IMG/VR virus record: IMGVR_UViG_3300012347_000377
Span: 128,001 to 192,000 of that record
Strand: one strand, 5' to 3'
Length of the DNA: 64,000 nt
Source: a virus
Lineage: Duplodnaviria > Heunggongvirae > Uroviricota > Caudoviricetes
Part shown: piece after piece, positions 36,537 through 46,632 of the stretch
How the letters are laid out: every line of letters starts with the position of its first letter
How positions within the stretch are numbered: position 1 is the stretch's first letter
The notes under the pieces: generated by a model
Seen by the model: the letters and a program-made list of their open reading frames with translations, nothing else
What the model was told of the DNA's origin: nothing
Database searches by the model: none
Translations under genes and position numbers: made by a program

Positions 36537-38849
36537 ATGGCAGAAAAAATTGTATCACCTGGTGTATTTACGAGAGAAAATGATCTTTCTTACTTATCAC
36601 AAGGAATCGGAGAAATAGGAGCAGCAATCATCGGACCTTTCGCTAAAGGACCTGCATTCGTTCCAACGATTGTTAATACACAATCTCAATTTGAATCAAT
36701 TTTCGGTGTACCCAATGGTGATTACTATACAGGATATGCCGTTCAAAACTATTTACGTGAAGCAGGGACAGTAACAATTGTTCGTGTTGGTCACGTTGGT
36801 GGTTATACACAAGTAGAACCAAAAGGTATCGCTATTAGTGGTTCTGAAGGAACTACATTAGTAGGTGTGTTAAAATCTACTCATAACTGGACTACATCTG
36901 GTAATGGTGATGCAGTAACAGCATCAATTCAATCTTTACCATCTTCATCTGAATTTAATATTTCAGTAAGTGGTTCAGATTCAGCATATAACTTAACAAT
37001 TTCATCTTCAGTTTTACCTTCAGCAGGTAATGATTTATCTGATGTATTTGGTGAATCTGCAAGAGGAACTAAAGGTGTATATGTATCACAATATTTTGAA
37101 AACGCTGCAACATTACTATCTTCTTCAATTGACGAAGGTGCTAAAGTTGTATTGATTGATTTAGATGATCAAGATTTTACAGATCAAGATGTTTCTTATG
37201 CATCTACTCCTTGGATTCAATCACAAATCATTTCAGGTGAAAGAAGTAACTTATTCCGTTTACATACGTTGGGTGATGGTTCAAACTATAACAAAGAATA
37301 TAAAGTATCAGTATATAACGTAAAAGCAGCAGGTGAATCTAATGCAACTGATTACGCTACATTCTCATTATCAATTAGAGCATACTCTGATACAGATAAA
37401 AGAAAATCAGTATTAGAAACTTATAATAACGTTAATTTAGACCCTGCATCTCCAAACTATATCTTAAAGGTAATTGGTGATAGAAACGTAACTATTGATG
37501 CAAATGGTAAACAAACTGAAAATGGTGATTATGCAAATCGTTCTAAGATAGTTAGAGTAGAAGTTGCAGCAGAAGGTTCATTCCCAATCATCGCAGGACC
37601 ATTTGGACATGAAGCATACCAATCTCCAATCGCAGGTAATGATGCAGAAACTCCGGCAGTAGTATTTACAACTGGTTCTGATTCTAACACAGCATCATCA
37701 TCTACTAAATATAGTGGTATTGATTTAGAATCAACATTGGTTAAAATTGACAACTCTCATTTCTTAGCACCAATTCCAAACGGAGCAGGAAACGGAACAA
37801 ACACTGCATTCGCATTCGATACTGAATTATCTTATGAATTAACTGGTTCTGCAACAGCAGATGTTAATAAAAGACAATTCGTAGTTGGTTTTCAAGGTGG
37901 ATTTGATGGAGTAACTCCAACAATCTCTAATGATAAAGGAACTGATATTTCAGCAGGTAATTCTCAAGGATTCGATTTATCAACATCTACATCAAGTGGT
38001 TCAGTTGCATATTTGAAAGCAATCAATTCGGTTTCCAACCCAGATGATTTCGATATTAACTTAGTAGTTGCACCGGGTATCGTGCGTTACCACCACTCTT
38101 ATGTATTTGATAAGATTATTGATATGGTTGAATCTCGTGAAGATGCATTCTTCATCGGTGATGTAACTGGTCCTGCAGAAGGTCAAGATTTAGCAGTAGA
38201 GCAGGCACAGTCAATCGATTCTAACTACGTTGGAACATATTACCCGTGGATGAAAACAATCGATAGAAACACCAACAAATTAACTGCAGTTCCACCATCA
38301 GTATTGATGCCAGGAATCTATGCAGCGAACGATGCAGTTGCAGCAGAATGGTTTGCACCAGCAGGTTTGAATAGAGGTGGAATCATCGGAGCAGTTTCAG
38401 TATTAGATAGATTAACACATTCAGAAAGAGATTTCTTATATGAGAATAAAGTTAATCCAATCGCTTCTTTCCCTGGTGAGGGTATTGTGGCATTTGGACA
38501 GAAAACTTTACAAGATAAAGCATCTGCATTAGATAGAATCAACGTAAGAAGATTATTAATCAAAGTTAAGAAATATATCGCTTCTACATCTCGTTACTTA
38601 GTATTCGAACAAAATACTGCAACGACTAGAAACAAATTCTTAAATACGGTTAATCCTTATTTAGATGCAATTCAACAAAGACAAGGTTTATATGCGTTCA
38701 GAGTAGTTATGGATGAATCCAACAACACACCTGATGTAATTGATAGAAACATTTTAGCAGGACAAATTTATTTACAACCTACTAAAACTGCTGAATTCAT
38801 TGTGTTAGATTTCAACATCTTACCAACCGGAGCATCATTTACAGCATAA
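36537..38849 (+). CDS. gp18: Tail sheath protein (gp18-like)
   Basis: SPGVFTREND, WFAPAGLNRG, GQKTLQ...RINVRRLL, PTKTAEFI. Confidence 0.96.
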   Translation: MAEKIVSPGVFTRENDLSYLSQGIGEIGAAIIGPFAKGPAFVPTIVNTQSQFESIFGVPNGDYYTGYAVQNYLREAGTVTIVRVGHVGGYTQVEPKGIAISGSEGTTLVGVLKSTHNWTTSGNGDAVTASIQSLPSSSEFNISVSGSDSAYNLTISSSVLPSAGNDLSDVFGESARGTKGVYVSQYFENAATLLSSSIDEGAKVVLIDLDDQDFTDQDVSYASTPWIQSQIISGERSNLFRLHTLGDGSNYNKEYKVSVYNVKAAGESNATDYATFSLSIRAYSDTDKRKSVLETYNNVNLDPASPNYILKVIGDRNVTIDANGKQTENGDYANRSKIVRVEVAAEGSFPIIAGPFGHEAYQSPIAGNDAETPAVVFTTGSDSNTASSSTKYSGIDLESTLVKIDNSHFLAPIPNGAGNGTNTAFAFDTELSYELTGSATADVNKRQFVVGFQGGFDGVTPTISNDKGTDISAGNSQGFDLSTSTSSGSVAYLKAINSVSNPDDFDINLVVAPGIVRYHHSYVFDKIIDMVESREDAFFIGDVTGPAEGQDLAVEQAQSIDSNYVGTYYPWMKTIDRNTNKLTAVPPSVLMPGIYAANDAVAAEWFAPAGLNRGGIIGAVSVLDRLTHSERDFLYENKVNPIASFPGEGIVAFGQKTLQDKASALDRINVRRLLIKVKKYIASTSRYLVFEQNTATTRNKFLNTVNPYLDAIQQRQGLYAFRVVMDESNNTPDVIDRNILAGQIYLQPTKTAEFIVLDFNILPTGASFTA

Positions 38850-38872
38850 GAAATTAAAAAAAAAGAAATTAT

Positions 38873-38881
38873 ATATTTATT
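38873..38881 (+). promoter_or_regulatory. Putative late promoter of tube
   Basis: ATATTTATT. Confidence 0.6.
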
Positions 38882-38904
38882 AGTATAATAGGAGAAAAAA
38901 TAAA

Positions 38905-39393
38905 ATGGCAGAAGTATTAGAATTCAATGATATGTTCTATACCAATTTCGAACCAAAAACGAAAAATCGTTTTATCATGGAAATCGATGGTATTCCTTCA
39001 TATCTTATCAAAACAGCTAACAGACCATCGATTCAGTTTGAAACGATTACGTTAGATCATATCAACGTTAATAGAAAGTTGAAAGGTAAAGGAACTTGGC
39101 AACCAATAGAGATTACTCTTTTTGATCCAATCGTTCCAAGTGGTGCACAGGCAGTAATGGAGTGGGTTCGTTTATCACATGAATCTTTAACAGGTAGAGA
39201 TGGATATGCAGATTTTTACAAAAAAGATATTCAGTGCTATCTATTAGGACCAGTGGGTGATAAAATTGAACAATGGACATTAAAAGGTGCATTCATTGCA
39301 TCGGCTACATTCAATGATTTGGATTGGGCATCAAATGATGTTGTTGAAATCTCACTTACATTAGAATACGATTACGCTATTCTAGAATTCTAA
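38905..39393 (+). CDS. gp19: Tail tube protein (gp19-like)
   Basis: Follows sheath; EPKTKNRF...WTLKGAFI...LEYDYA. Confidence 0.92.
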   Translation: MAEVLEFNDMFYTNFEPKTKNRFIMEIDGIPSYLIKTANRPSIQFETITLDHINVNRKLKGKGTWQPIEITLFDPIVPSGAQAVMEWVRLSHESLTGRDGYADFYKKDIQCYLLGPVGDKIEQWTLKGAFIASATFNDLDWASNDVVEISLTLEYDYAILEF

Positions 39394-39415
39394 TCTCACT
39401 ATATACAAAAAAACT

Positions 39416-39446
39416 AAGGTTCTCTTAACGGAGAACCTTTTTTTTT
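39416..39446 (+). terminator. Rho-independent terminator
   Basis: AAGGTTCTC...GAGAACCTT plus T run. Confidence 0.88.
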
Positions 39447-39464
39447 CAACTTTTTTATAAAAGT

Positions 39465-39473
39465 ATATTTATA
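39465..39473 (+). promoter_or_regulatory. Putative late promoter
   Basis: ATATTTATA after a terminator. Confidence 0.7.
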
Positions 39474-39495
39474 TATAAACAAATAAAGGTTAATT

Positions 39496-40263
39496 ATGGC
39501 AAATTTTGAATTTCCAACGGAGGTAATCACACTCCCATCAAAAGGATTAATATATTCCGAAAATAATCCACTATCAAAAGGTTCAGTTGAAATAAAATAC
39601 ATGACCGCAAGAGAAGAAGATATTTTAGCATCACAAAATCTTATTAAAAAAGGCGTGGTGTTAGATAAATTGTTCGAATCAGTTGTAGTATCTGAAGGAG
39701 TTAGTGTAGGTGATATATCAGTAGGTGATAAAAACGCAATCCTTTTAGCAACTCGTATATTAGGATATGGTGCAGATTATAATGTAGAAGTGACTGACCC
39801 ATTTACAGGTGAATCACAAAAAGTAACGATTGATTTAGCAAAAATTCAAACTAAGGAAGTTGATGATTCTTTATTAAATAGAGAAAATCGTTATGAGTTC
39901 GAATTACCAATTTCTAAAAAGAAAATTAAGTTCAAATTACTTACTCACAAAGATGAAATTGATATTAACGCCGAAATCCAAGCATTAAATCGTTTGGTAA
40001 AAGGTGATAGTGTAGTTTCTCAAGATGTATCTACAAGATTGAGATATATGATTCAAGAGGTTGAAGGTAATACTGATAGAGGGTTTATTAACAACTTTGT
40101 TAAAAATAGTTTATTGGCAAGAGAAAGTAAAGCATTAAGAGAATATGTTAGAACCATATCTCCTGATTTGGATTTGAAATACCAATTCACATCAGATTTA
40201 ACAGGTGAATCGGAGGCACTTGATATACCCTTTGGGGTTGGGTTTTTTTACCCTACCGAGTGA
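39496..40263 (+). CDS. Baseplate hub assembly/tail assembly chaperone (T4 gp26/gp51-like)
   Basis: LPSKG, MTAREEDIL; ends GFFYP; between tube and tape measure. Confidence 0.75.
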   Translation: MANFEFPTEVITLPSKGLIYSENNPLSKGSVEIKYMTAREEDILASQNLIKKGVVLDKLFESVVVSEGVSVGDISVGDKNAILLATRILGYGADYNVEVTDPFTGESQKVTIDLAKIQTKEVDDSLLNRENRYEFELPISKKKIKFKLLTHKDEIDINAEIQALNRLVKGDSVVSQDVSTRLRYMIQEVEGNTDRGFINNFVKNSLLARESKALREYVRTISPDLDLKYQFTSDLTGESEALDIPFGVGFFYPTE

Positions 40264-40468
40264 TTATAGTGTTCAATTACATAATCAACTATGGGAAATG
40301 GTTAATTATGGAAATGGGTTTACTTGGTCAGAGGTTTATACCATGCCAATACACATTCGAAGATTCTATTTCAAAAAATTAGTGGATACTAAGAAAAAGG
40401 AAAAAGAGGAAATCGATAAAGTAAATAAAAAAGGTGGAACAGGACCTGGAGTGAGAGTGAGGAAATAA
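40244..40468 (+). CDS. Tail chaperone second frame (GT-like), probably reached by frameshift
   Basis: GFTWSEVYTMPIHIRRFY; overlaps the upstream gene at GGGTTTTTTT; no convincing own start. Confidence 0.6.
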   Translation, partial: FFTLPSDYSVQLHNQLWEMVNYGNGFTWSEVYTMPIHIRRFYFKKLVDTKKKEKEEIDKVNKKGGTGPGVRVRK

Positions 40469-40484
40469 TCCTCACTCTTTTTTT
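40454..40484 (+). terminator. Terminator hairpin, first copy of a 23-bp direct repeat
   Basis: AGAGTGAGGA-AATAA-TCCTCACTCT plus T run. Confidence 0.85.
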
Positions 40485-40513
40485 GTTAAATACTTATGTT
40501 AAAATAATATAGT

Positions 40514-41251
40514 ATGTTAAAGATATTTGGAGATTCTTTTTCCGCGTTTAGAACCTATCTAACCGATGATAATGTATTAAGTGAGAGTTTACATTGGACA
40601 ACTATTGTGTGTGATAAAATCAATACTAATGGAGTTATTAACTATGCAAGACCGGGTGCAACTAATCAATATATTCTGAATACATTAATCGAACAATTAC
40701 CTAATATTAAAAATGATGATATTGTAATAATAAACACATCGGGTCAGGGTAGAATGCCAGTTGGTGCAAATTATACAAAATCGTTTTTTAATAACAATCC
40801 TAATCTATTTTGTTTATTAACTAATACGGATGTTGGTATAAGTGAGTTTGAACACACCCAAATAAATTGGTATTATAATAATATTTTTTTACCCGATATT
40901 GTAGAATACGATGCAACTATTAACAATATTATCAACATTGCGAATTACATTAATTCAAACGGAAATATTGTAATATTATGGAATTTAACCGCGTTGGGAT
41001 TTGATTCGTTCTTAAATTCTACATTAAATGATAATATTGAAACTTCACCATCTATACAATTTTCAAATTTATGGACACCATCTTCAAATGAAGGTAAGAG
41101 AGGTTGGGTAGATATTATAAATGAAAACAATCTCCAAATGTCATCAGATGATTGTCACCCAAATATTGAAGGAAATCGATATATTGCAAATGAATTCATT
41201 GATGTAATTAAGAAAAATCAACTATCTTATATAAAACCAAATATCATCTAA
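40514..41251 (+). CDS. SGNH/GDSL-like hydrolase (inserted cassette)
   Basis: IFGDSF, NYARPGATN, DCHPN; very AT-rich; flanked by direct repeats. Confidence 0.7.
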   Translation: MLKIFGDSFSAFRTYLTDDNVLSESLHWTTIVCDKINTNGVINYARPGATNQYILNTLIEQLPNIKNDDIVIINTSGQGRMPVGANYTKSFFNNNPNLFCLLTNTDVGISEFEHTQINWYYNNIFLPDIVEYDATINNIINIANYINSNGNIVILWNLTALGFDSFLNSTLNDNIETSPSIQFSNLWTPSSNEGKRGWVDIINENNLQMSSDDCHPNIEGNRYIANEFIDVIKKNQLSYIKPNII

Positions 41252-41262
41252 TATAAATTGTA

Positions 41263-41293
41263 AGAGTGAGGAAATAATCCTCACTTTTTTTTT
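41263..41293 (+). terminator. Terminator hairpin, second copy of the 23-bp direct repeat
   Basis: AGAGTGAGGAAATAATCCTCACT identical to 40454-40476. Confidence 0.85.
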
Positions 41294-41298
41294 ACCTT

Positions 41299-41307
41299 AT
41301 ATTTATA
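41299..41307 (+). promoter_or_regulatory. Putative late promoter of the tape measure operon
   Basis: ATATTTATA after a terminator. Confidence 0.7.
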
Positions 41308-41334
41308 TAAGACTTAAAATATATAGGAGAAACA

Positions 41335-41541
41335 ATGTCCAAATCTAAAGAAGTTAATGAAGGTATTATAATGGCAGCTAAGAAGTTTAGTGATGCATTT
41401 TTTGATGGGTTAAAACAAAACGCAGTAGATAGAATGCTTAAAAAAGCAGAAGATGCTAACGTTGATCCCGAAGTATTAAAAACAATGCAAAGAATCAAAA
41501 AAGATTCCGAAGAACTTAAAAAACTACTTAGTATCCGATAA
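41335..41541 (+). CDS. Small late hypothetical protein
   Basis: 68 aa, late promoter and AGGAG. Confidence 0.7.
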   Translation: MSKSKEVNEGIIMAAKKFSDAFFDGLKQNAVDRMLKKAEDANVDPEVLKTMQRIKKDSEELKKLLSIR

Positions 41542-41543
41542 TA

Positions 41544-43949
41544 ATGGCAAACGAAACTAACAAAGAACTCGTTGAGATATTAAAAAAACAGGCAGAGATA
41601 AAAAAACAACTTTTAGCTTATGCCGATAGTATTGATACGCGAACTGCTTCGGAATCCAAACATATAAAAGAATTACAAGCCGAATATAAAAAATTATATT
41701 CAGAAAAAGCAAAATTAACCGCTGAACAATTAAAGGGTTTTCAAGATCAAGTAGAAAGTGCATCATCTTTAACTGGTATTTACGCAAATTTGGGTAAATT
41801 AGATGAAGAAAGAATTAAGAAAAATCAAAGATATGTAAGTCTAAGTGATGAACAAAATGATGCAATTAAAAATATTGCATCTTTAAATAGAGAATTAGCA
41901 AACACAACTAGAGATGATAGTTTAGCAAAACAAGTCATCCTAAATCAAATTGATGCTGAAAAGGGTAAATTGGGTGGAATACATCATACTCAAAAATCAA
42001 TTGTAGATGATTTAGATACTCAAACAAGAGAAGCACAAAAATTAGGAAAACTTACTGAAACTCAAAAAGAATTCTTAAATGATCAATTAGCAGTATATGA
42101 TGGTATAAAGAAAACAATTGGTGGTATATTAGAAACTGCCGATATATTACTTTCTACTACTGGTGGTAAAATCGGTGCACTAATAGTTGGTGCAGGATAT
42201 GCAACTGAAGCATTAGGTAAGAATGTAAGGGAAATGGGTGGTTATTTAGGTGGAGCAACAATTTCATCTACCTTATTAGGAACTGCATTTGATTCCGCAA
42301 CCGATGTGACTAAAGGATTGGCTAAGGAAATGGGTGGATTAAATGACATCACTTTTCAGAATCAATTAAACACTAACTTAATGGCCATGAATATGGGTAT
42401 TAGTGGTGATGAAGCAGCAACTTTAACTGCAACTTTATCTCGATTAAATGGTGGTTCAATTGATACTGCACAAAACTTAGCAGAATCTACCAAAGAATTA
42501 GCAAAACAAAATGGATTAGTTCCTGCTCAAGTAATGGCCGATGTTGCAGCCTCTGCAGAAGATTTTGCATTATATGGTAAAGATGGTGGTAAGAATATGT
42601 TAGAAGCAGCAATTGCCGCTGGAAAGTTGGGGGTTAATTTAGCCTCAATGACTAAGGTCACCGAAGGTTTGTTAGATTTCGAATCATCAATTTCAAAAGA
42701 ATTAGAATTATCTGCGATGTTAGGAAAAAATATTAATCTTAACAAAGCAAGAGCATTAGCATATGATGGAAAAACAGGAGCAGCCGTTAAAGAAACCTTA
42801 TCACAAATGGGTGGTATTGAAGCATTTAACAAAATGGATGTATTCCAAAAGAAAGCAGCAGCAGAAGCAGCAGGATTGACCGTTGAGGAATTCCAAAAAA
42901 TGGCATCTAATCTTGATAAATTAAATGCAGATGGAACACTTCAATTATCTACGTTTGATAGTTGGTCACAATCACTTTCTGCATTTGCTTCCGGTCCATT
43001 GGGTTCATCATTAAAAGGTGTAGGTTCGATGGTAATCGCCGCAGGACAGTTTAACACTGGTTTAAGTGCAATGGGAATAAATTTAGGTGGGGTTATAAAG
43101 GGAACTGGTGATGTATTGAAAAATCTTTACAAAATGACCGCCGGAAAAGTGACTGATAAATTATCATCTGTATTTAGTTCAATTGGGGGTGGTAGTAGAA
43201 CTCCAACTCCAACACCTTCTGCAAATCCTGCAGGTGGGGGTGGAATGATGGATTCAATGAGTAAAGTAAATATGTCTGCAGTTTTGAAAGGTGCAGCCGC
43301 AATGGTTTTAGTAGCAGGAGCGGTTTATATTTTAGGTAAAGCATTACAAGAATATACAAAAGTAGGATTATCAGAAATAGGAATGGCAGCCGCAGGTATG
43401 TTATTATTAGGTGGTGCCGTAATGGGATTAGGATTGATAATGAGTAGTGGGGTAGGTGCAGTTGCAATTCTTGCAGGTGCAGCAGCAATGTTAGTTGTAG
43501 CAGCATCAGTTTATGTATTAGGTAAAGCATTACAAGAAATGGGTGCTGGATTTAGTGCATTAGGACAAATTCAACCCATCGTATCTGGTTTAGTTAGTAT
43601 GGTAGGTGGTATTGGATTACTTGCTGTAGCATTCACAGGTTTAGCAGGTTCTCTTGCTTTATTAGGAACTGCCGGATTACTTGCATTACCAACCTTAATG
43701 GGATTGGGAGTTGCTGGAGCAGGATTGGGAATGTTGGTAAATGCAGTTGGAGGAGAAGGTCAATCATCTGGAGTTGAAACTGAAAGTGTTTCAGAATATC
43801 AATCTACAATGTTGACCAAAATGGATGATTTGATTAATGCAGTAAAAACAAATAAAGATGTTTATTTAGATAAAGAAAAAGTTACGAACATCGTTATGAA
43901 TAAAAGTGAACGTAGAACAACCAATACATTTGGGATAGCAAACGCTTAA
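41544..43949 (+). CDS. Tape measure protein
   Basis: Ala/Gly-rich helical protein with hydrophobic C-terminal segments, downstream of tube and chaperone. Confidence 0.85.
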   Translation: MANETNKELVEILKKQAEIKKQLLAYADSIDTRTASESKHIKELQAEYKKLYSEKAKLTAEQLKGFQDQVESASSLTGIYANLGKLDEERIKKNQRYVSLSDEQNDAIKNIASLNRELANTTRDDSLAKQVILNQIDAEKGKLGGIHHTQKSIVDDLDTQTREAQKLGKLTETQKEFLNDQLAVYDGIKKTIGGILETADILLSTTGGKIGALIVGAGYATEALGKNVREMGGYLGGATISSTLLGTAFDSATDVTKGLAKEMGGLNDITFQNQLNTNLMAMNMGISGDEAATLTATLSRLNGGSIDTAQNLAESTKELAKQNGLVPAQVMADVAASAEDFALYGKDGGKNMLEAAIAAGKLGVNLASMTKVTEGLLDFESSISKELELSAMLGKNINLNKARALAYDGKTGAAVKETLSQMGGIEAFNKMDVFQKKAAAEAAGLTVEEFQKMASNLDKLNADGTLQLSTFDSWSQSLSAFASGPLGSSLKGVGSMVIAAGQFNTGLSAMGINLGGVIKGTGDVLKNLYKMTAGKVTDKLSSVFSSIGGGSRTPTPTPSANPAGGGGMMDSMSKVNMSAVLKGAAAMVLVAGAVYILGKALQEYTKVGLSEIGMAAAGMLLLGGAVMGLGLIMSSGVGAVAILAGAAAMLVVAASVYVLGKALQEMGAGFSALGQIQPIVSGLVSMVGGIGLLAVAFTGLAGSLALLGTAGLLALPTLMGLGVAGAGLGMLVNAVGGEGQSSGVETESVSEYQSTMLTKMDDLINAVKTNKDVYLDKEKVTNIVMNKSERRTTNTFGIANA

Positions 43950-43954
43950 TAAGT

Positions 43955-46315
43955 ATGCCAACAATATTAGAATTATTTCAAGGGTCAACAAATAATATTA
44001 CTCCAACTCCATCGGAGTTTTTTCCCGTGCAAAAAAAATTCAAAGGTTCTACACAAGAGAAAAGTGTTAAATCTGATACTGAAACGTTAGTAGAAACTGA
44101 AACCAAAGGTATAAGAAAAAATACTGCAGTTGAATTAAACAATCCACGTTTATATGGTAATGAAGCAGTTCGTATTATGAATCGAACTACTAAATCAGTT
44201 GAAGATATGAAAGGTTCAACTGGTGGAACATCTGCAACAGGTGGATTAATTGGTAAAGGAATCGGTAAATTAACGGGTGGGAGAATTACATCTATATCAG
44301 GTGTTAGAGATTTTGTAAATTCTAAATTAGGTATTCCATCTAATGCTATTCCAACTTATGTAAATAAGACAGGTGAATTACAACAAGGTAAAGAACAAGA
44401 TACCATGATAACTCTTGCTAAAATTAAAAATGATGCAAAGGGAACATTGGTTGGAAGATTATTAAAACAAAGTGGTGGGGGAACTCCTGCTACGATTGGT
44501 AAACAAATATTAGGTAAAGGTATATCATTAGGTAAAGATAAACTTAGAGGTTTCTTATTTGGTCAACCTGCACAATTGGGAATTAATACATCTAAACCAG
44601 CAAATGGTGGTTGGGATTATAGTTCACAATCATCATATTCAACTCAAATTAGAGAAGCACGAGCACAAAACGAAGCACCTGCAGTTGAGGGAATTGATAA
44701 AGCTAAATCTGATGCTTTGAAAAAAGCAAATGATATAAAACAAAAAGGTAAAGAAAAATTAGGTAATTTTATTGGTTCTGCAAAAGATAAACTAAAAGGA
44801 ACATCTGCCGAAACAAAACCTGAAATCGATAAAGTAGTTGAATCACAGACACAAATTAAAACAACACCATCATCGGAACTCCCATATACTAAAACTTTAG
44901 ATGGGTATAAAACTGAAGGTGGTGATGAGAAATTAACTAGAATTGATTTATCATTAGTATCTCCTGTTTATGGAGTTGATAGAAAAAGTACGAGTGGTAA
45001 GTATGGAAAAGGTGATTACGCATTTCAAGATATAAAAAATAATACAGGAGTATATTCACCATATAATCCAGATAAATCATATTCCACAACTAAACCAAAT
45101 AATTTAGAAACATATCATGGAATAAAAAATGGAAGTGATTTAATAAATGCAAGTAGTAAATCTACAAAAGAAGCTAATGATTATTTAAATGATAGAGATT
45201 TGATTCCATTTTGGATAAGATCAAAATCTACGGGTGATACAATGCATTTTAGATCAATCATAACTGGTTTATCCGAAACGGTTTCACCATCGTGGAGCAC
45301 TAATAAATTTTTTGGTAATCCTTTTAATTTTTATACATTTGATAGTGTCGAACGTAGTGTTTCATTTACATTAACTACTTATTGTTTAAATCCATCTGAA
45401 TTATCTAAAATGTGGACTAAGATTGAATTCTTAACTGATATAGCATATCCATCTATCAGCCAAAATCCAACCTCCAATCCAAAAAATACTCCAAAAAATA
45501 ATTCAAAAGATAGTCCAAAAAATAAACAAAAAACCCAATTGAGTAATAGGTATATAACACCACCTATAATCGATTTTAGATTAGGTGATATGTATGATGG
45601 TAAAATTGGATTTATTGAATCATTGAGTTATAATATACCAGATAATTCTACATGGGAAACTGTAGCTGATGGTGCGTTATTACCAAAAATAGTTGAAATT
45701 AGTATTGGTATTAAATTTATTGAAACTGCGGATTCAGTGGCTGCTAAATATAGTATAGAACGTTCTAAAGATCAAATAAAACTTATAAATGATAGAAGGT
45801 CTAATCAAGGTGGTGCTTTCCAAACAGATTCAATTTCAACCAATGAAAATACTAAACCATTGCCAAAATTAAATGCAAAGGGTATTGAACAAACTGATGC
45901 ACCAAAAGAAGGTGGTATAAATAAACCACAAACTGATTTAAAAACTAATACACCAACCACAACACCTGCCGAACCTAATAGCCCAACGGTAGCACCAACA
46001 CAACCGGTAACTAAAATAGATGAAATTACATCTAAAAATCTTGAAAAAATAAAAGCAAAAGGATTACCTGAAGCACTTTGGTATATGGCTAATAACCCAC
46101 TAATTGATATAGATTCAATTAAGAAAGTAGCGGAAGGTGTTTATTCTTATTTTGTGGAATATGGATATGCGGGTAAGAAACAGCAAATGGCCGCACGAGT
46201 AAATGGTAATTCAACAAGTAGTTGTCAATATGATGTATGGGTATCATATAATAACAAAGGAGTAGATCCACTTAAATCCTCAAGTCCAAATTCAAATAGT
46301 AGTAATCCATTTTAA
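43955..46315 (+). CDS. Baseplate/tail-tube initiator-like protein with long low-complexity flanks
   Basis: FRSIITGLSETVSPSW...ERSVSF...FRLGDMY...GFIESLSY...WE core. Confidence 0.65.
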   Translation: MPTILELFQGSTNNITPTPSEFFPVQKKFKGSTQEKSVKSDTETLVETETKGIRKNTAVELNNPRLYGNEAVRIMNRTTKSVEDMKGSTGGTSATGGLIGKGIGKLTGGRITSISGVRDFVNSKLGIPSNAIPTYVNKTGELQQGKEQDTMITLAKIKNDAKGTLVGRLLKQSGGGTPATIGKQILGKGISLGKDKLRGFLFGQPAQLGINTSKPANGGWDYSSQSSYSTQIREARAQNEAPAVEGIDKAKSDALKKANDIKQKGKEKLGNFIGSAKDKLKGTSAETKPEIDKVVESQTQIKTTPSSELPYTKTLDGYKTEGGDEKLTRIDLSLVSPVYGVDRKSTSGKYGKGDYAFQDIKNNTGVYSPYNPDKSYSTTKPNNLETYHGIKNGSDLINASSKSTKEANDYLNDRDLIPFWIRSKSTGDTMHFRSIITGLSETVSPSWSTNKFFGNPFNFYTFDSVERSVSFTLTTYCLNPSELSKMWTKIEFLTDIAYPSISQNPTSNPKNTPKNNSKDSPKNKQKTQLSNRYITPPIIDFRLGDMYDGKIGFIESLSYNIPDNSTWETVADGALLPKIVEISIGIKFIETADSVAAKYSIERSKDQIKLINDRRSNQGGAFQTDSISTNENTKPLPKLNAKGIEQTDAPKEGGINKPQTDLKTNTPTTTPAEPNSPTVAPTQPVTKIDEITSKNLEKIKAKGLPEALWYMANNPLIDIDSIKKVAEGVYSYFVEYGYAGKKQQMAARVNGNSTSSCQYDVWVSYNNKGVDPLKSSSPNSNSSNPF

Positions 46316-46333
46316 TAAATACAATACATACTA

Positions 46334-46621
46334 ATGGCAAATAGATACGAAAATAATGAAATTCAAAAACTAAAAGATGGTAGAGAGGTATATCGAACAC
46401 GAATATATCCAGATATACCATTATCGGATTCTGATATGTATATTGTCACTCAAACTGGTGATAGATTGGATACTCTTGCTTATCAATACTATGATGATTC
46501 ATCTCTTTGGTGGATTATAGCAACTGCTAATAATCTTCACGATGCACCATTTGCGTTTGAAGATGGAACTATATTAAGAATACCCGAAAACTACATAGAA
46601 ATAATCAATAACTTCAGATAA
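46334..46621 (+). CDS. LysM-domain baseplate protein (gp53/tail X-like)
   Basis: GDRLDTLAYQYYDDSSLWWIIATAN...GTILRIP. Confidence 0.85.
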   Translation: MANRYENNEIQKLKDGREVYRTRIYPDIPLSDSDMYIVTQTGDRLDTLAYQYYDDSSLWWIIATANNLHDAPFAFEDGTILRIPENYIEIINNFR

Positions 46622-46632
46622 AATATAATAAT

